DNA of 64,000 bases from IMG/VR virus record IMGVR_UViG_3300042874_000443, positions 32,001-96,000 of that record; one strand, written 5' to 3'. The stretch is from a virus. How positions within the stretch are numbered: position 1 is the first letter of the stretch; each line of letters begins with the position of its first letter. Below the pieces are notes generated by a model, which was not told where the DNA came from, made no database searches, and worked only from the letters and a program-made list of their open reading frames with translations. The translations under genes and the position numbers were made by a program. Of this stretch, positions 1 through 7,648 are shown in pieces.

Positions 1-1
1 C

Positions 2-154
2 GTGCTCGACGGCAAGGGTGACGCAGGTGCGAACAACGTGACCGTGACCGTTGCTGGCGGTGGCACGATCAACGGCACGGCGGTGATCAGCGCCAACTAC
101 GGCGCTGCGACGTTCCTCAAGACCGCAGCCACGGTCTGGCAGCGCATCGCCTGA
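2..154 (+). CDS. 3' end of a truncated gene, tail fibre/baseplate-like C-terminus
   Basis: Frame 2 reads VLDGKGDAGANNVTVTVAGGGTINGTAVISANYGAATFLKTAATVWQRIA*; the D-x-x-G...NNVTV...GTING pattern is typical of fibre/wedge C-termini. Confidence 0.55.
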   Translation: MLDGKGDAGANNVTVTVAGGGTINGTAVISANYGAATFLKTAATVWQRIA

Positions 155-160
155 TAGGCG

Positions 161-481
161 ATGGCCGCGCATCACGCTGACGCCGGCCAGGTGATGCCGG
201 CTGAGCGGGTCGCGCGCGCGGCGATCCGCTACCACAAGTTCCCGACCGCAACTCGGCAGGTGTCGATTCGGAACACGGGAACGAACACGTTGTGGGTCAG
301 CTTTGACCGGCAGGCGTGGTTTGATATCGCGGCGGGCACGTCGTTTGATGACCGAATCTCGACGCCGGGATTCTGGTTCTGCACGCAGCTCGGTAAGACG
401 TTGTTCGTCGTGAACGGGCTGTCATTGAACTTGCTCAGCCTCGAGAGACCGGCGCCCACCAACGAAGAGCTTGAAGGATAG
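161..481 (+). CDS. Small beta-rich hypothetical (probable virion) protein
   Basis: 106 aa, ATG 7 nt after upstream stop; VSIRNTGTNTLWVSFD beta-sandwich-like. Confidence 0.65.
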   Translation: MAAHHADAGQVMPAERVARAAIRYHKFPTATRQVSIRNTGTNTLWVSFDRQAWFDIAAGTSFDDRISTPGFWFCTQLGKTLFVVNGLSLNLLSLERPAPTNEELEG

Positions 482-489
482 CCCTTTAC

Positions 490-1278
490 GTGTTATCCAA
501 CAACATGCGTGAACGCTCGCCTCGTCGTGTGCAGGTTCTACGGATGCACGACGAAGGGTTAAGCGCCGCGCAGATCGCACGTGTGCTTGGCATCAGCCGT
601 GTCGCCGTTGGACACCATCTCCACGAAGAGGGAAGATCCGGTAAACAATACGGCTATGTCAAAGAGATTACTCCCTGGCAAGAAGCCGTGCTCATTGGGA
701 CGATGATGGGCGACGCAAGGCTCTGTCGGGGCGCTGATCATCACAACGCACAACTCAAACTTGGGCACAGCACCAAGCAGCTCGCGTACATGTTGTGGAA
801 GAAAGAGCAGCTCTCTTCTTTCTTCATGGATGAGGTTGAGCCGTACGTTCGTACGACCAAAGAAGGGTATGAGACATGCGAAATACGGTCCCGCTCCCAC
901 CCCATCCTGACGTCATACCTGGAGTTATTTTATCCTGAAGGTGAGAAGCGCGTCTCGCGTCCTCTCCTCCAGAGGATTGAGGATCATGATCACTTTGCAG
1001 TGATCATGGCACTTTGGTACATGGATGATGGGCACCTCGCTCAAGATTCTGCGAGCATAGTCGTTGGAAACATGGACGACTCTCAGTATGAGATGTTGTT
1101 TACTTGGTTTGACGACCAAGGCTGGAAGGGCACCCCGCGTAAGCAACGTTCCAATTGTTGGACGTACTTTATAACCAGCTCAGCAAGTTTGCGTTTTGCT
1201 GAGGTAATCGCACCGTATATACATCCATCGATGTTGTACAAACTGCCCAGTGCGAAACAACGACGCAAGATTGAGTAG
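490..1278 (+). CDS. HTH + LAGLIDADG homing endonuclease (likely start ATG at 505)
   Basis: N-terminal HTH (GLSAAQIARVLGISRVAV); LAGLIDADG helices VLIGTMMGDA and MALWYMDDG; C-terminal IHPSMLYKL; lower GC than flanks. Confidence 0.9.
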   Translation: MLSNNMRERSPRRVQVLRMHDEGLSAAQIARVLGISRVAVGHHLHEEGRSGKQYGYVKEITPWQEAVLIGTMMGDARLCRGADHHNAQLKLGHSTKQLAYMLWKKEQLSSFFMDEVEPYVRTTKEGYETCEIRSRSHPILTSYLELFYPEGEKRVSRPLLQRIEDHDHFAVIMALWYMDDGHLAQDSASIVVGNMDDSQYEMLFTWFDDQGWKGTPRKQRSNCWTYFITSSASLRFAEVIAPYIHPSMLYKLPSAKQRRKIE

Positions 1279-1341
1279 GTGAAGCGTGCCCTTCACGCAC
1301 TATAGTATCCAAAAAACGCGTTCAATCTGATCTTCGCGTGG

Positions 1342-1752
1342 GTGCAGCCGCCTCCGCCGGACGGGAAGACGTTCTTCGGGCAGCCGAAGTTCTCGTCGCT
1401 GAACCTCTTCGACAAGCCCATCGAACCTGGACAGGTCGTTGTTGCGTATCACGACGCGCAGCCGTTCACACGGTTCTACGGCTCGGTGGCGTCGGACCAA
1501 CCGCTCGAGATGAACCTCTCGTTTTCGAACGAAGAGACGGACGTCAAAGGCGACTACATCACCGACGAGAACATCTCGACGTTGAATTTCGACGCCGAGG
1601 CGCTCAAGCAGATGTACGAGCCTGCCAAACAAGGGCCCACTGGGAAGTACTTCTGCACCATCTTCGGGCGCTACTTCCGTGTGCAGGTCAAGAACGTCGG
1701 CACCGAGCCCACGAAAGTGTTGCGTGTCTTCGTCCGCGGCTCGGTCTTCTAG
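1342..1752 (+). CDS. Hypothetical beta-sandwich protein (start uncertain; frame open back to 1306)
   Basis: Phage-like codon usage; SDQPLEM and GRYFRVQVKN beta strands. Confidence 0.7.
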   Translation: MQPPPPDGKTFFGQPKFSSLNLFDKPIEPGQVVVAYHDAQPFTRFYGSVASDQPLEMNLSFSNEETDVKGDYITDENISTLNFDAEALKQMYEPAKQGPTGKYFCTIFGRYFRVQVKNVGTEPTKVLRVFVRGSVF

Positions 1753-1766
1753 TTTATACAGTAAAC

Positions 1767-2006
1767 ATGGCCAAGCACTCGATTCGGTCGCCTGTAGGCG
1801 GCAGCGTGTGGACGCACTCGGTTGGCGTAGGTCAACGCGTCGTCGCAGGCACCACGCTCCTCATCTGCGAGGTCATGAAGACCGAGTTCCCGATCGAGAC
1901 GCCTGTTGACGGAGAAGTGACGTGGCTCGCCGCGTGCGGGCAGACACTCGAGGCCGACGACCTCGTTGCTACAGTGGACGACTCGCCAGCGCCTTTGCGG
2001 CCATGA
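1767..2006 (+). CDS. Stand-alone biotinyl/lipoyl-carrier domain protein
   Basis: IRSPVGGSV...VGQRVVAGTTLLICEVMKTEFPIETPVDGEV matches the biotin-carrier pattern (SP..G...G..V..G..L..EAMKM...I.AP..G.V). Confidence 0.85.
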   Translation: MAKHSIRSPVGGSVWTHSVGVGQRVVAGTTLLICEVMKTEFPIETPVDGEVTWLAACGQTLEADDLVATVDDSPAPLRP

Positions 2007-3456
2007 CGCCGAGCGGGATCGATGCGCCAATCGCAGCCGTCTCACCACCCGTGAACGGACTCTTCATGTACGGCGTCCAGCCCGCACCCGAATCCGTACG
2101 TTGACCGCTGTGCAGCGAGAGTAGCTTCTGGTGGCGCGTCAGACCTGACGGGTCGATGCCGCGTTGCGCGAGTTGCTGGTCGAGCATGTTGCCCCAGCCC
2201 TCTTGCGGGCGGACCTTCATCATCACGCCGCCACCGAGGTCGATGGTGTCGCCTCCGAGCGTCTCGAAGGCCTTGCGGCCGACGCCGATCGATTTCTCGT
2301 AGTCGAGAAGGTCGTGCGTACGTGCGCCACGTCCACGCTTGAGCACCTGTTGCTTGATCGTCGCCGGGTCCTTGTGGATGTGAATGGCGACGTCGAACAG
2401 CTCGGGGTCGTAGCTGCGCAGGAGCTGCTGGTGCTCGAGGATCTCGCCGGCGTGTGGCGCGTATGGCGTCTTCTCGATGTCGCCGCCTCCCATGAGCTGG
2501 TGGAAGCGAAGGTTCGGACGCCAATCGAGCCCGTGATGGCGTAGGCCCATCTGCGACGCGAGTGCCTTCGAGAGCACGGTCTTGCCTGCGCCCGATGGAG
2601 CGTCGACTGCGATGCGGAGGCCTGTGGGGTTGATGCCGCGTTCCATCAGTGCTTGGTGCGCGCGTGCGGCCTGGCCCTGCACTTCTTGTGGAATCTCCTG
2701 TGCGACGTCTTTCTGGTGGATGTCGCCGGGTGCGTTGAGGCGGTCTGCGATGTCTGCCCGAATGCCGGGCTTGGACGCAAGGATGCTTCCGCCGACAGCA
2801 AGCGGAATCCCGATGCCTGCGGCCGTCGCGAGCGGCCCCGCGATCTTGAACACGTCCGCGCCCACCTTGCGGAGCACCGCGGTGGCTGCTGTTGATTCTG
2901 GAGTATGCGGACGGCGCATCGGTGTTGGAGCGGCGCCCGTGCTTGGACCGTGCAGCCCTGCGAGCACACGGTCCATGTGGTCCGCGTGTGCGCCCGGATC
3001 CATTTGTTTGGGTGGACCCTTCCAACCAGGCGCGGGACCCACCTGTGTGGATTCACGTGTACGAGGTGCTGTCGGAAGATTCGTCAACACCTGTTGTTGA
3101 AATCCAGCGGCACCGCCCGGCGTCGTCGACGACAGACCGCGTTGATCGAGCACGCGGTTCGCGCGCGCGAGCCCGAGCGATCCTTGTGTGTGGTCACTGC
3201 CCGCCCACGGCAAGCTGTGCGCGAGGTCTCGCATCTGTGTGCGCTGCGGGGTCATCGGCAATTCGCCGCCGGTGGCATGTTCACGGAACATCTGCCCCAG
3301 GCCTGGCTGCGCCTTTGCGAGCGGCTGCGCGCGCATTTGCGTGAGCTTGTTTTCCATCGCGGGCGCGAGGGCACGTCCACCACGCGTTGCAGCGTTCTCG
3401 AGCGCACGCGCGTACGTGCTGCCTTGGATGGCGAACTTCAACCAGCCGATGCCCAT
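1969..3456 (-). CDS. Virion-module protein: disordered N-terminal half plus P-loop nucleoside/NMP kinase-like domain flanked by hydrophobic segments
   Basis: IAVDAPSGAGKTVLSKALA Walker A (cytidylate/uridine kinase-like), LFDVAIHI...LKRGR; K-x-[AG] sites LKFA, RKVG, FKIA. Confidence 0.7.
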   Translation of the reverse strand: MGIGWLKFAIQGSTYARALENAATRGGRALAPAMENKLTQMRAQPLAKAQPGLGQMFREHATGGELPMTPQRTQMRDLAHSLPWAGSDHTQGSLGLARANRVLDQRGLSSTTPGGAAGFQQQVLTNLPTAPRTRESTQVGPAPGWKGPPKQMDPGAHADHMDRVLAGLHGPSTGAAPTPMRRPHTPESTAATAVLRKVGADVFKIAGPLATAAGIGIPLAVGGSILASKPGIRADIADRLNAPGDIHQKDVAQEIPQEVQGQAARAHQALMERGINPTGLRIAVDAPSGAGKTVLSKALASQMGLRHHGLDWRPNLRFHQLMGGGDIEKTPYAPHAGEILEHQQLLRSYDPELFDVAIHIHKDPATIKQQVLKRGRGARTHDLLDYEKSIGVGRKAFETLGGDTIDLGGGVMMKVRPQEGWGNMLDQQLAQRGIDPSGLTRHQKLLSLHSGQRTDSGAGWTPYMKSPFTGGETAAIGASIPLGVMAAKALASRPL

Positions 3457-3459
3457 AGG

Positions 3460-3771
3460 CTACGACCTCAGCGCGCCCATAGAGGGCGGCGGCTGTGCCG
3501 ACGGATCGCCGGCAAGTTCTGGCGGCATGCCGACAGTCGAGCCCATACCGGGCGGCGTTGGTGGCGACGTCGAAGGCATCTGCAGTGGAACGGTTCCGTC
3601 GAGCGCTGGAAGCGTTTCGCCTGGCACGTGTGACATCGGCGGCGTGTCCGTCGGCGGGATGTCCTTGCCGTGTTCGACGTCAGCCATGAACTGGTCAACC
3701 TGTGTTGGTGGGCCGAGTGCGAACTTCACGAGCGCGGCCTTGAGTCCGTTCATGTACGCCTGTTTCAACAT
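3460..3771 (-). CDS. Leader-motif protein, Pro/Met-rich
   Basis: MLKQAYMNGLKAALVKFA leader; start overlaps upstream stop. Confidence 0.8.
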   Translation of the reverse strand: MLKQAYMNGLKAALVKFALGPPTQVDQFMADVEHGKDIPPTDTPPMSHVPGETLPALDGTVPLQMPSTSPPTPPGMGSTVGMPPELAGDPSAQPPPSMGALRS

Positions 3772-4289
3772 TAGAAGGTTCCTGACGTTGGTGCGTACAC
3801 GAGGTCGCGTCCTTCGCGGTCTCGTTTGTTCTGCTCGTGCATGCCGTACGCGAGAGCACCACCGGCGGCGAGCGCGCCGTAGCCAAGGCCCTTCCCGAGC
3901 ATCTTGCCGACGGGGCGCATGAAACGTCCTGGACCGCCGCCGCCACTACCACCGCCGCCGCTCATGCCGCCGCTGCCGCCACCGGCAGCCGCGGACCCGT
4001 GACCCTCGAACGCACGCGCAGGTGGAAGCTGCACAGGTTGCGTGTTGATGTTCGCGGCTTGCTGTTGCGCGACGCCTTTGTGCATGTCCGCCCAGGACGC
4101 GCCTTGCGGTGCAGCCGGTGCAGCGGGCGCAGCGGGGGCCTTCGGTATCGAATGAAGATCCGCATGTAGCCCCGCGATCGCAGGATGCATGGGCTTGCCC
4201 GCAGGCATGCCGATAGCCCCGCGCGCGATCTTCACGCCGAAACGTGTGAGGGCGTTGTCACGACCGCGTTGGAACGCCGCGATCAACAT
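3771..4289 (-). CDS. Leader-motif glycine-rich membrane protein
   Basis: MLIAAFQRGRDNALTRFGVKIA leader; C-terminal GLGYGALAAGGALAYG hydrophobic helix. Confidence 0.8.
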   Translation of the reverse strand: MLIAAFQRGRDNALTRFGVKIARGAIGMPAGKPMHPAIAGLHADLHSIPKAPAAPAAPAAPQGASWADMHKGVAQQQAANINTQPVQLPPARAFEGHGSAAAGGGSGGMSGGGGSGGGGPGRFMRPVGKMLGKGLGYGALAAGGALAYGMHEQNKRDREGRDLVYAPTSGTF

Positions 4290-4292
4290 CGG

Positions 4293-4658
4293 TCATCCGA
4301 CCGCGAGGAAGACGACGGACGCAGGCCCCGTCGTCGTGATGAGCGCCGAGATCGGAAACGGCGTGCTCGGATTGCACCACTGGAAGTGTCCGCCCGGTGC
4401 GAGCGGCCACGCGTCGAGGCCGCCGTTGAACTTGATCGTCGCCGAACCCGAGAGACACACGACGGTGACGCCCTTGGCACCTGCAGCTGCGAGCGTGTCC
4501 AGATGGACGATGTCGTCCACGACCGCCACCGTGTACGCGCGCTGGAAGTCTGCGCGGTTGACGTACGGGATGGTCGCCGCGAGGCTGATGGGGGAAGGGG
4601 AGCCGCCGTCGACGAAGGCAGCGGACACCGCACCCGCGACCGAGTAGTTCTGCGCCAT
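4293..4658 (-). CDS. Small beta-rich virion protein
   Basis: 121 aa; TATAAT 6 nt before ATG. Confidence 0.7.
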   Translation of the reverse strand: MAQNYSVAGAVSAAFVDGGSPSPISLAATIPYVNRADFQRAYTVAVVDDIVHLDTLAAAGAKGVTVVCLSGSATIKFNGGLDAWPLAPGGHFQWCNPSTPFPISALITTTGPASVVFLAVG

Positions 4659-4664
4659 GCACTA

Positions 4665-4672
4665 ATTATAGT
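4665..4672 (-). promoter_or_regulatory. -10 promoter element AC-TATAAT, leaderless spacing
   Basis: CCACTATAAT-TAGTGC-ATG. Confidence 0.7.
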
Positions 4673-4686
4673 GGACGGGCGCGGGA

Positions 4687-5679
4687 TTACATCTCGAAGG
4701 CGATGGACGCGATCGGCCTGTTTTGGTCGCCGTACGAGCCGTCCTTCGTGCCCACACCGTACGGGCGGTAGGCGGCATTCGCGAGCTGGCCGATGTTGTC
4801 TGGGGTGATCTCGACCCACTGCATCGGGCGTGCGGAGTAGCCGCTTGAACCACGCGTTCCGTCCGCTGCGATCCGGTACATCTTGTGGTCGCGGAAGCAG
4901 AACAGCACGGTGTGGTGGTCCTTGTTCCAGCCGGTCGAGAGCTTGGTCGACTGGCTGCACAGCACGAACGTCGGCAGCGTGTCGCGACGGTCGTACAGCT
5001 CGCGCGCGTCCACGATACCCGCGAGGCCGAGACGCTTCGCACCTGAACCGTCCGGCGGAACACGAAAGCACACGTCGCCGAAGCCGCGGTACGGGCCCGC
5101 ACCAGGGTTCTGGTGAACGTCAGGCGACGCTTCGAGCAGCGTCATGAGCGAAGGAATGTTCCCCGCGTGCGTGAAGTCTTCGTTGCGACGCATGAGCCAC
5201 GACATGAAGAAGTTCGTCCACGATGTGCAGTGGAACGCGGGATACGTCTTGTTGAGGACGTTCGGCCACTCTCTCACAGTGCCGCCCATCTTCCCTGCGC
5301 CGTAGGTGATGACGAACTTGCCATCGACCCACAGTCCGCGTCCCGGACCGTAGCGAACCGGCTTGCCTGTGATCGCTGTGACGAGCGCCTGGAACGCGAG
5401 CCATGTTTGATCGTTGCACGGCACGATGTTCGAGGGTGTGCCAGCAACATCGCTGGCAGCCTTGCGCAGCACGATTGCCGCGTCCAGCGCCCCCAACGTG
5501 TGCGGTCCTGCGATGCCGTCGTCGTCGATGTCAGGACGATCGACCTGGAATGCAAGCACGGCGGCCGTGGTTCGCTTGCCGTAGTCACCGTCGATGTCGC
5601 CGGGGTCGTAGCCCGCAGCCTTCAGCTTGAGTTGGAGCAGCTCGACGGGCGGACCCTTGTCACCTGGCCGGAGGATCAT
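4687..5679 (-). CDS. Endolysin: N-terminal peptidoglycan-binding domain plus putative Cys/His (NlpC/P60/CHAP-like) catalytic domain
   Basis: LRPGDKGPPVELLQLKL...GDIDGDYGKRTTAAVLAFQ...DDDGIAGPHT (PG_binding_1); FHCTSW and DHHTVL; ATGA overlap at 5676-5679. Confidence 0.75.
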   Translation of the reverse strand: MILRPGDKGPPVELLQLKLKAAGYDPGDIDGDYGKRTTAAVLAFQVDRPDIDDDGIAGPHTLGALDAAIVLRKAASDVAGTPSNIVPCNDQTWLAFQALVTAITGKPVRYGPGRGLWVDGKFVITYGAGKMGGTVREWPNVLNKTYPAFHCTSWTNFFMSWLMRRNEDFTHAGNIPSLMTLLEASPDVHQNPGAGPYRGFGDVCFRVPPDGSGAKRLGLAGIVDARELYDRRDTLPTFVLCSQSTKLSTGWNKDHHTVLFCFRDHKMYRIAADGTRGSSGYSARPMQWVEITPDNIGQLANAAYRPYGVGTKDGSYGDQNRPIASIAFEM

Positions 5680-6437
5680 GCGGTCTCCTTGATCGCTGCG
5701 AGCTGGGCGTACATGACACCGAGCAAGAGCTGGTCTGTCTCCTGGCTGTCGACGAACACCCAGTTCTCCTCGCGGTAGTAGTCCGTCCAGGCGATCTCTT
5801 CGATGACTTCCTGGTCCCACGGCACGGGAAACTCCTCACCGTTCTGGAAACCGAAGACGGGATACGCGTGCCCGCCGAGAGAGCGTGGCTCGTCGTTCGC
5901 TGTGCGCTTCTCCTTCGGCGTCAGTTCCCACCGCAGATCACGATCATCGTCGAGCTTCGCGGGGAGGCCTGCTGCGACGTAGAGCGACCCGAACGTGGAG
6001 AGCGCGCTCTGGCGTTCGTTGAGGTCACGGTCGCTCACGCGCGCGAACGCCACGACCTTCACCGTGCTGCCGTCGTCGAGCTTGAAGCCGATGTTGCGGC
6101 AGTAGTTCAGGGCGTTGATCGGCATCTGTCCGACGTCGGCCCCGTCCGTACTGTCGAGGTACGCCTTGATGACGTGCTGGCCGGTGATGTTGAGCACGCG
6201 GCCCTTTCGAGCCGCGTTGTTCATCATGATGCGCGCGATGCCGGCGAATGTGCAGCAGCCATACTGGTCGTTGCCGAGAATGTTCCAACGCGCGTTTCGT
6301 GGACGCGTGTCGACGTAGTACGGCGGCGTGCGAAGCGGGTCTGCGCGGAGGAGCGCCTTGTGGACGCTCTTGTACAACACGGTCTTCGGGTCGTGTTTCG
6401 ACGAGACCGAGCCGAGCTTGCCGCGCGTCAGCGTCAC
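5676..6437 (-). CDS. Papain-fold (C1-like) cysteine peptidase
   Basis: GNDQYGCCTFAG catalytic Cys region; GGHAYPVFG catalytic His; downstream W. Confidence 0.7.
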   Translation of the reverse strand: MTLTRGKLGSVSSKHDPKTVLYKSVHKALLRADPLRTPPYYVDTRPRNARWNILGNDQYGCCTFAGIARIMMNNAARKGRVLNITGQHVIKAYLDSTDGADVGQMPINALNYCRNIGFKLDDGSTVKVVAFARVSDRDLNERQSALSTFGSLYVAAGLPAKLDDDRDLRWELTPKEKRTANDEPRSLGGHAYPVFGFQNGEEFPVPWDQEVIEEIAWTDYYREENWVFVDSQETDQLLLGVMYAQLAAIKETA

Positions 6438-6844
6438 AGCTTACACGCCGACTTGGTGCCGTCTTCGCGCACGCAGGTGGTGGAGTACACGGCACCCTCA
6501 CCGACTTCCTTGCGGAATGCGTCTGCCGTGTCACGAGCGGTCTTCGCCTGATCCGGCGTCGCGCGCGTACCACTGAGGAACCACTGCGTCAGCTCCATGA
6601 TGAAGCAGCCGCCGACGTCCTTGCCGGCCTGCGTAGCGCGAAGCTTCACGTCTGGCCACGAGATGGACCCACCACCGAGGATCGGTCCCTTGAACTCGTT
6701 GATGAGGTTGTCGATCTGCGGGCGGTTCGCGCCGAGGCAGTCGACGACCGCGTTGATCACTGGGCCGACAGGTCCCGGACCGTTGGGGCATGCGGTGGTG
6801 CTGGCGAGACCGACGACGAGAGCGAGGATGAGGAAGAAGCGCAT
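6434..6844 (-). CDS. Lipoprotein in lysis cassette (spanin-like candidate)
   Basis: MRFFLILALVVGLASTTA-C signal II/lipobox-like. Confidence 0.65.
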   Translation of the reverse strand: MRFFLILALVVGLASTTACPNGPGPVGPVINAVVDCLGANRPQIDNLINEFKGPILGGGSISWPDVKLRATQAGKDVGGCFIMELTQWFLSGTRATPDQAKTARDTADAFRKEVGEGAVYSTTCVREDGTKSACKL

Positions 6845-6855
6845 GGTGAGGCCTT

Positions 6856-7353
6856 TCAGGTCGACGCGGTGGTGGTGACGGGGGTGGTGACGGGCTCGGT
6901 CGCTGTCTCGGGTGTGGTTGTTGTCTTCGTCTCGAGCAGCGCGCCTGCCATCAGCGTCTTCGGAAGGTTGTGCACCGCTGACTCGATGAACGTGATGAGC
7001 AGCTTGGTGACGGCTGCATCGTCTGCGAGACCCAAGACTGTCATCAACTCCTTCAGGCCCTTCGTACCGAGATGGGATTTGAGGTTTGCGATTGCGAGGT
7101 CGCGGGCCTTCAGTAGTTCTTCAGACGTGGCTTTGTCTCCGAGCCCCGAGACAATCGTCTGCTGGATCTCCGTCACGACGGAGAATGCGAGCTGGGAGAG
7201 GCGCTCGAGAACGCCCGCGACGCTCTCGTTCTTCACCTTCGCCTTGATCCACGCGGGCAACATCATGGATGCCCACGCGACGAAGAGGCCCACGAGCGGC
7301 AGTACGACGCCCTTCACGATCAACATGCCGATGGTCTCGATCTGGTCTTGCAT
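6856..7353 (-). CDS. Putative holin (LL-H-like single N-terminal TM)
   Basis: N-terminal TM IVKGVVLPLVGLFVAWASMML then helical domain ending IESAVH; upstream of lysin; ATG overlaps previous stop. Confidence 0.55.
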   Translation of the reverse strand: MQDQIETIGMLIVKGVVLPLVGLFVAWASMMLPAWIKAKVKNESVAGVLERLSQLAFSVVTEIQQTIVSGLGDKATSEELLKARDLAIANLKSHLGTKGLKELMTVLGLADDAAVTKLLITFIESAVHNLPKTLMAGALLETKTTTTPETATEPVTTPVTTTAST

Positions 7354-7613
7354 CAGAAGTCTCCCTTGCTCGGCACGCTGACCGAGCCTTTTTCCGCCGG
7401 CTTGTCGCCGTGCGAGTGAACGTAGCCCGCCTTGTTTTTCAACGAGGTGCGCGACATCGGAACGATCGTCGTACACGAATGTCCGCCGAGCATTTCGTCT
7501 TTGCTCGAGACCGGCTGGTCGCACGCAGCGCACACGGCGATTTCATCCTCCGTCATGTGCATGTGTTCGAAGCGATTCCCGCAGTCGCAGACGTACTCCC
7601 GGATCTTGGGCAC
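7353..7613 (-). CDS. FmdB-like zinc-ribbon protein
   Basis: MPKIREYVCDCGNRFE...CAAC. Confidence 0.75.
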   Translation of the reverse strand: MPKIREYVCDCGNRFEHMHMTEDEIAVCAACDQPVSSKDEMLGGHSCTTIVPMSRTSLKNKAGYVHSHGDKPAEKGSVSVPSKGDF

Positions 7614-7618
7614 GCGGA

Positions 7619-7626
7619 ATGATAGG
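7619..7626 (-). promoter_or_regulatory. -10 element CC-TATCAT, leaderless spacing
   Basis: GGCGCCTATCAT-TCCGC-GTG. Confidence 0.65.
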
Positions 7627-7648
7627 CGCCGCTTACCTGATAAACAAG

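Noticed and set aside
490-1278. Group I intron or intein housing the LAGLIDADG
   Set aside because: Flanks too short for an intron core, upstream gene ends normally, and no Cys/Ser start or His-Asn end
1276-1305. Possible TAG stop-codon reassignment (two in-frame TAGs between the endonuclease and the next ORF)
   Set aside because: Long conserved genes are intact in code 11, and TAG ends primase, terminase and spike genes at sensible positions
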